From: Stramenopiles sp. TOSAG23-2
Lineage: Eukaryota
Direction of reading: 5' to 3'
Assembly: GCA_900128395.1 (NCBI GenBank)
Contig: LT649239.1
Coordinates: 58,759 to 78,758 of the forward strand
DNA length: 20,000 nt
Position numbers and translations under genes: made by a program. The notes beneath the pieces were generated by a model. The model made no database searches and was not told where the DNA came from. It saw only the letters and a program-made list of their open reading frames with translations. Positions 1-6,386 of this stretch are shown one piece after another (the first letter of the stretch is position 1; each line of letters starts with the position of its first letter).

Positions 1-425
1 ACTGTGGGTAGAAATAAAAAATTAAAGAGATACGCGTACATTTATAATATATACGATTTGTAATATTTTTAAAATTAATACTCGTACTTCTCGTACGTAT
101 AATTTTTTAGAGACCGGTGTGCCGGTGTGTGTGTAATAACACATTAAATGTGGTTTCCTCAGTCTCTGAAATTTTTACCGATCCTATCATATATGGCATA
201 ATATAATGACACACATATGATCATATGATATGCATAATAATAACATCCACATGCATCCATGTTAATATTATGAAGTTTATTCTCCCTTCCATTTGTCACT
301 CTCTACATGGTATATGAAAGAACTGATATATGCATATATATATATTAATATAATATTTTTTAATATAAATACATTGAAGTCCGCTGTATGATAGATCTAG
401 GATCATCTACGCATATATAGTATTT

Positions 426-2994
426 TTACAAACCAATACAATAATCTTTATCATCGGGGCAAAATTTACCATGGAAATTTGCTGCTAATTTTCCTGGCAT
501 ATCTGCGGTGCCAAGCGTTGCCATTGTTTTTCCATCCAAGATATACAATGTTGAATGGTCTTTTATACTATTATACCCGACAAATATCAATGCACCATCA
601 TCCTCGCTAACTGGATTTGGATTTGGTACGAATAATGGTTCACATACATAGACATTGTCTTCTTGAAATTTCGCCATCACTTCCCCTTTTTCAATATCAA
701 CTTTAATAATCTGATCAATAAAATCAGAACTTCCATCATGCCAATGTGTGTTTGCATCGACGAAACTAGCACCCCATGTATAACGATGAGGCTCCATGTG
801 ATAATTGACCCAATTAAATGTAGCCATTTCAAATGTTTTATCGATGACATCGAGCATCGACGAAACTAGCACCCCATGTATAACGATGAGGCTCCATGTG
901 ATAATTGACCCAATTAAATGTAGCCATTTCAAATGTTTTATCGATGACATCGACACATGTTGGTCTACCTGTAAATACAGGGACGGTACAACGTGTTAAA
1001 CGCGCTTGCGAATAGGTACCGACATAATTTTTTGGTTGGTCCACTAAATTTTCCAAATACATACCATAGGTTATCAACGTATCGTTTTGATACTTAGATA
1101 AATCTACAATGATATTATCGTTCCCATCATCGTACGCATTTAAAATATGATAGACGAACCATGCACCATCAGCAGAATCGACTGAGCGGATCAATGTTCC
1201 ATTATTTCGATCTAAAATATGAAATTTCACTGGAATCGTATCATCCCATGTCATTGCATCTATCACTTTTTTTGCACTCAAAAATTTTAAAAAATGATAA
1301 TGCAATGGACATTGTATCAACAAAACGTATTTCTTCGTTAAACCAAAACTGTGTATGAAAGACGTCATTTTATCTTTCACAGTTCCTATAATTTTACGAG
1401 GTGGCAACGGCCCTGTACCGTTAAACCCAGATTCTTGATATGTCCAAACATTGTAATGCGCACCACCATTAACACCGTCGTTCCATCCAAATTCCAGCCA
1501 ATAATGTTTCTTTTCATGTCGATCGTATCGGCCATGTGCTACGCCTAAACCTAATAAGCCTATTTTTTCAATCTCATCATCAGACCAAGCTTCATTTGCC
1601 CCGCCAATTGTTTCCAATGTTACAGGATCAAATTGAGTAAATAAATTTTCATCTGTTGTTGCAATATATTTATTATCAAATTTCCATAAATTTACTAATG
1701 GGTTGGATGCAAATTTTTCTTGCCATTTTGGTATAGGCGATGATGACTTTTTGCTATTCTTTTGTTGTTTTTTATCTCCAATAACAACTTGATCCATTGT
1801 TGTTGTTATTGTTGCCGTCACTTTATCATCGCCATCCGTTACCGTTCTTGTCGTTGTAGTATTTGGTGCTTCGATCGGTAAATGGGGTCGTGGTCCTGGG
1901 GTTTTAGGTGTGCCATATCCAGGTTCTGCATATTCATTTGATGTTTCGCTTTTATGGAAAGATGTTGTATTTAAATATTTACTTAAATGTACAACTGTGC
2001 CTTTCTCACCATTAATCTCCCAACGATGAACTTGTGCCCATCCATCATTCCAATGGCGTATTTGATCATTTCCATTTTCATATTTTCCTGGTGAATTGCG
2101 CAATAATGCACCATTAAGCCATTTAGGTATCGTACCTTGCAATTTGATCTCATTTCGTGCTACTTCAGGCGTTGTTTCAAAATAACCACTGGCACGACTA
2201 GGTGTTATATATTGAATTGAAGTCGGTGCCGTCATATTAAATAGACCATCGACCATTTCAACTTTTGTTTTTAATACCGTATCACTATTTTTAAGCATGG
2301 ACAATGGGCTTGTACTTGGTACATTCAAAATCGCTTCCTTCAACAATTTTACGCCATATTTTTGTTCTGTTGCACTGTACAATAATGTTTTTGTATCTTT
2401 TACGCTGATTCCATATGTATTGATAATTTGATGCATCAATGGAATTTTAATTGCATTGTCATTAAACGTTGCATCAATAATAACCGCAGCTGCCTCGTTA
2501 TTTGTTACGTCTTTTACGACTACATGTTGTAACTCTGGTGAAGTGTTACGATCCCATTCAAACGTAGCCATCTTTTTAGGTAATCCCCATACATTAATAC
2601 CAGCATCCTTTGCCATTTCATTATCAACGTATATAGCATGGACCCAATTTCCTTTTTTTCCTTCATATTGGACAGTTGCACATATGAATATTAACTCACT
2701 ATATTCAATAGTTGACTGGTTATTATATTTTGCAATATATAATGAACCTTCTGTTAATCCACTACCTTCCTTTGTTTCAACAATATTAAAGTCAGATGGG
2801 ACACATTCTTTTGCAACGGACAATGGAACATCAAACACTTGCACATATGCATTGCCTTTTTGCACCCACGGTGGTGAAGGGAACGATTCTGTTGTCACTT
2901 GCGCAGAATATGACGGTACCATATTAACAAACAAACAACTTATCACAAGTAGTATTACTATCATCATTTTCTCATTATTATTATATTTCCACAT
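426..2994 (-). CDS. Signal peptide + ADC/NXD1-like domain + carotenoid cleavage oxygenase (RPE65/CCO family) fusion; split by a 100-bp duplication frameshift in this sequence
   Basis: Joins ORFs 838..3138 and 426..956. Removing one copy of the 754-953 duplication leaves 2469 nt, an open 822-aa frame from ATG 2994 (alternative ATG 3096 in the duplicated copy). CCO motifs: GTIPKWLNGALLRNSPG, HWNDG, four candidate Fe-binding His (VAHGRYD, FIHSF, VYHILNAYD, NFHGKF), EPLFVPNP..EDDG. ADC-like N-domain (~2225-2884): PPWVQKG, EYSEL, IYVDNEMAKDAGINVWGLPKK. Hydrophobic N-terminus MMIVILLVISCLFVNMVPSYSA. Confidence 0.85.
754..953. repeat. Exact 100-bp tandem duplication (754-853 = 854-953)
   Basis: GCATCGACGAAACTAGC...TCGATGACATCGA occurs twice with period 100 and no mismatches; it frameshifts the oxygenase. 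Confidence 0.97.
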
Positions 2995-3145
2995 GTTTGA
3001 GTATAATCTATAATATACAATATGTATATATATCACGATACTTATCACAAGTAGTATTACTATCATCATTTTCTCATTATTATTATATTTCCACATGTTT
3101 GAGTATAATCTATAATATACAATATGTATATATATCACGATACTT
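2938..3145. repeat. Exact 102-bp tandem duplication covering the start codon and most of the signal peptide
   Basis: 2938-3039 = 3040-3141, followed by 4 further matching bases (ACTT). It appears as a duplicated 34-aa stretch at the start of ORF 838..3138. Confidence 0.97.
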
Positions 3146-3920
3146 TAATTATACGTCTATGTGTTGTGTTTCTATTATTTAATCAATAATCTACAATAAC
3201 ATTAAATATAGATTAAAACACAATTGCAATTTATTATTATACTTCTTCTATGTTTCACCGTGTTGATGGTATATTTCGATAATATATAAATGCACAAATA
3301 ATACCAGGTACTATTATATTTTTAATTAAAATGATATAAAATTCATCAAAAATAATAATCTGAATCACCACCACGGTTTTGCTGAGAAATATTGGTGCTA
3401 ATCACCTCGTATTTGTATTGTTGAAAATATAATATCAGGGAGAATATAATATTAATATTATACCGGAAGACGATGTTTGATGCAAGGTATCTATAGCAGG
3501 GCAGGTCCAAATATTTTTCTTCCAGATTTTTCAGCCGACGCGTGTGCACGTGCCATAAAATTATTATTTTGGAAAAATTAATAAAATGCCTATCCATTTG
3601 ACCAATTTCCAAAGCTTTTCAAGCCTGTGTCCATTGTATTTAGACAGTACAGCATTGTTTTCTTTACTCCTATCTGAAATATGTTTAAGGAGTCTATTTG
3701 AAAAATGAGTGGTTATGGTAGTGTAATCCCTATCAAGTTTTATTACTTAATTAATCGCTTATGTGTATTATTATTTATTATTATTAGGCACTTAGCAATA
3801 ATTTGAAATAATAATAATTGATGATGTGCTGCAAAGATACGAATCTAAAATCTAAATCAGATGTAATATATTCGCCGTTTTTATCGTGATAGTGAACGTA
3901 GAAAACATTTGTTACAAATA

Positions 3921-4283
3921 ATGATGGAAATGAAAGCATATAATCAAGAACAAAATTGTGTCAGTATAAATACAAGATTTACAATGCCCACTACCACCAC
4001 CACCACCACTACAACAACTAATACTGGCAGAAGTAGCAGTAGCAGTATTAGCAGCAATACAATTGTGTGGAATAAAACAAGTGACTTGAATGTTGCTGGT
4101 TTTAGATTCAGTGTTAAGCAACAGCCGGAAGAAATAGTACATCGGGAATGGCGAGTAGCCATGCAACAAGGCACGGGTCGTCAATATTATTATAAAGCCT
4201 CTTCTCCAGAAAACACAACATGGGAAAAACCAATTAATTTAGGTTCTAGGCCATTAACTAGAGTTGAAGTTAACGACTCCTAA
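3921..4283 (+). CDS. Small WW-domain protein (~120 aa)
   Basis: EWRVAMQQGTGRQYYYKASSPENTTWEKP (4146-4232) fits the WW consensus W..G(R)xYYY..TxWExP. The N-terminal half is Thr/Ser low-complexity. First in-frame ATG is 3921; upstream exons cannot be excluded. Confidence 0.75.
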   Translation: MMEMKAYNQEQNCVSINTRFTMPTTTTTTTTTTNTGRSSSSSISSNTIVWNKTSDLNVAGFRFSVKQQPEEIVHREWRVAMQQGTGRQYYYKASSPENTTWEKPINLGSRPLTRVEVNDS

Positions 4284-4645
4284 AAAGTCAGGGGATTTAC
4301 TGCTACACAATTTTTATCGGAACATTTCGGAAACGAACATCTTACACCTTCATATTCGCTAGAACATTGGCATACACCGGTCGATGTGGTACATGTCCCT
4401 TGAGAATTACTGCTACTAGTGCTAGATGAACTCCCACTTGGATTTATTGATGAACAAGTCTTTTGCCAATAATTCCCTTTACACAGACAAAAGCCACCAC
4501 AATCTACCGCTGCTCCGTTAAAATCATTCATAGACTTATCCATACTACTACTACTCCTACTACCAGATAATGTATCTTCGTTTGGATTAAATTTCATTAC
4601 CGGTGTGATTTTCACAGGCGGTATTTTCGCATTTGCTTTCGACAT
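4280..4645 (-). CDS. Small Cys-rich protein with a degenerate EGF-like (tenascin/EGF_2-type) motif; possibly a gene fragment
   Basis: GTCTTSTGVCQCSSEYEGVRC (4337-4399) matches GxCxxxxGxCxCxxxYxGxxC. No signal peptide, and one expected Cys is replaced by a Ser-rich run. Confidence 0.55.
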   Translation of the reverse strand: MSKANAKIPPVKITPVMKFNPNEDTLSGSRSSSSMDKSMNDFNGAAVDCGGFCLCKGNYWQKTCSSINPSGSSSSTSSSNSQGTCTTSTGVCQCSSEYEGVRCSFPKCSDKNCVAVNPLTF

Positions 4646-4679
4646 GATGTTTAAACTTTATTTTCTAAAATTAAAATTA

Positions 4680-4764
4680 GATATGAGCTATATCTAGTAA
4701 AATGTAAAATAATTTCTTTAAAATAGATGATATGAGCTATGCATATATATATATAGTAAAATGT
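4680..4764. repeat. Imperfect short direct repeat
   Basis: GATATGAGCTAT at 4680-4691 and 4729-4740, each followed by TAGTAAAATGT (4695-4705 and 4754-4764). Confidence 0.6.
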
Positions 4765-4966
4765 CAAAAAATAATATTTTTTTCCCCTCTTTTTTGTTAA
4801 TTCTTTTCTTTCGTCAATTTTTTATTATACAATAGACGACAAAAAAGGGGTGTTTAATTTTGTTTGTTTTGCATTATCCCATTTGTGTTTCTTCATCCGA
4901 CTATACTTATAATATATGTATATATGTGTATGTATGAATGTGTTAATCGCGTGTCATATTACCGTA

Positions 4967-5856
4967 CTCCGGCACCTTCCCTCTGTGTCAACTGTCAGGC
5001 TGCCAATGTTATCGCAATGCTAAATTTAACATATATACAGCACCAAATACCCAATTTTTAAGGATTTCATGCCGAATTTTACACCAAATATATTGATTGA
5101 CATCATAAATGATTTGACTTCCAATTTCCTATCCGATCTACCAATACAATTAAGTATAATAAGTAGTAGTCTATAGCTAGATGTGTAAAGTTTGAGAGAA
5201 TATTCCATCCTGTGTGCATACTAGAGATTAATAACTCATATAACAATGGGAAAAATCTGAGGAAATCTGAGAAAATCGGTGGAAATGGTCTAAAAAAAAT
5301 TGGAAATATGTACTTTATTCCATATTTCATGTGAAATTATGCGGATATAAATATATTTAACTTTACATTAAGGTTGTTTTGGTTATTGAGTAGTAAAAAA
5401 AGACGTGATTAAATAGAAATATTATAACATATGAAAATTTAATATGAACGTTGGAAAAATAAATATATTAGAGAAAATTTACCCATATTCAAATTCAAAT
5501 ATGCGGATATATATATATATAAATATATAAATGGATATATACAAAAATGTACAAATCCACTTTCCTAATGTTTTTTTGATGTTTTTTCAGCAGGGATTCT
5601 ATGGGGACCAGGTCCCCATACTAACCGTTCTTTCTTTTTTCATTTTGGACCACAGGAAAGTGGTTTTGTACATTTTTCCGATGGATATGATCATTTTTTC
5701 CTGTGGTTGGTATCCAAAATTAAAACGTATCACTATAAGATAATTAAAGATATTGTTTTTGCATCAAAAAATAAAACGTATTATAATGGAAATATTTTAT
5801 TTTCCATGCCTGAGGCAGGCTCCTTAATCGAAAATATTAGATGGAAGGTGCCGGAG
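4967..5856. mobile_element. Non-autonomous TIR element (MITE-like), probably of the Tc1/mariner superfamily
   Basis: Perfect 14-bp GC-rich inverted termini: CTCCGGCACCTTCC (4967-4980) and GGAAGGTGCCGGAG (5843-5856), extending 3 more bp after one mismatch. TA on both sides (4965-4966, 5857-5858). 890 bp long, with no transposase ORF. Confidence 0.8.
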
Positions 5857-6386
5857 TAGTAGTATTATTATTTATTATTTTGTTATAGCTACCACGTGGT
5901 ACTATTGTTATATTAATAGCAAATCAGTTGCAGTTATTATAATGCCTTTTTCTTGGATTGTGACTAAGCGATAGCAGGTACACATCATTTGGAGCACAAT
6001 CTTTTTTATCTTTTTGACTAAAATTTCTTTTAGGTATAACGCTCTTCGTATACTGTAAGCATGATGAAAAGCTTATTTACCCTGGTAGTACGAAGTACAC
6101 ACCAAACTATTTTAATTAAATACTGCACACTACTGGCATATATAATACTGTATTTTAATTAAATAAAGAAGACGTGGCATAAGAAATTTTATAAAAATTA
6201 TTTTTATACGAAAGTGTAAATAAAAATTGGGTCAAATTTTTTTATTTTTCATCACTAAATCACAAATGTGTCTTTTTTTAATGGATTGATAGCACCTTAG
6301 TTTTTTAATGAGATTAATCATTAAAATAAAAAACGCACACTTTTTCTACGTAGTTCTCAGTTAAAATACGAGTCGTTCTTACTTTT

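Noticed and set aside
426-956. 176-aa ORF as an independent gene, or programmed frameshifting
   Set aside because: It is the oxygenase C-terminus displaced by the 100-bp duplication; its first ~35 aa are out-of-frame sequence, and no slippery site is needed to explain it.
754-3145. CRISPR-like array or DGR template/variable repeat pair
   Set aside because: The repeats are adjacent, identical two-copy tandems with no spacers, no adenine-specific mismatches and no RT or cas gene.
663-3182. + strand ORFs over the oxygenase gene, including 2456..3013
   Set aside because: Antisense shadows; the repeated peptides simply reflect the tandem duplications.
3346-3612. 88-aa ORF or a second mobile element in the oxygenase-WW intergenic region
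   Set aside because: Non-ATG start, no motif, and I found no convincing terminal repeats.
4864-5743. Short ORFs in and around the TIR element as transposase or Fanzor remnants
   Set aside because: 60-75 aa, AT-driven composition, and no DDE, HTH, RuvC or zinc-finger motifs visible.
3765-6165. AT-rich direct repeats (GTATTATTATTTATTATT at 3765 and 5862; TATTTTAATTAAATA at 6108 and 6151)
   Set aside because: Low-complexity matches that are plausible by chance at this composition.
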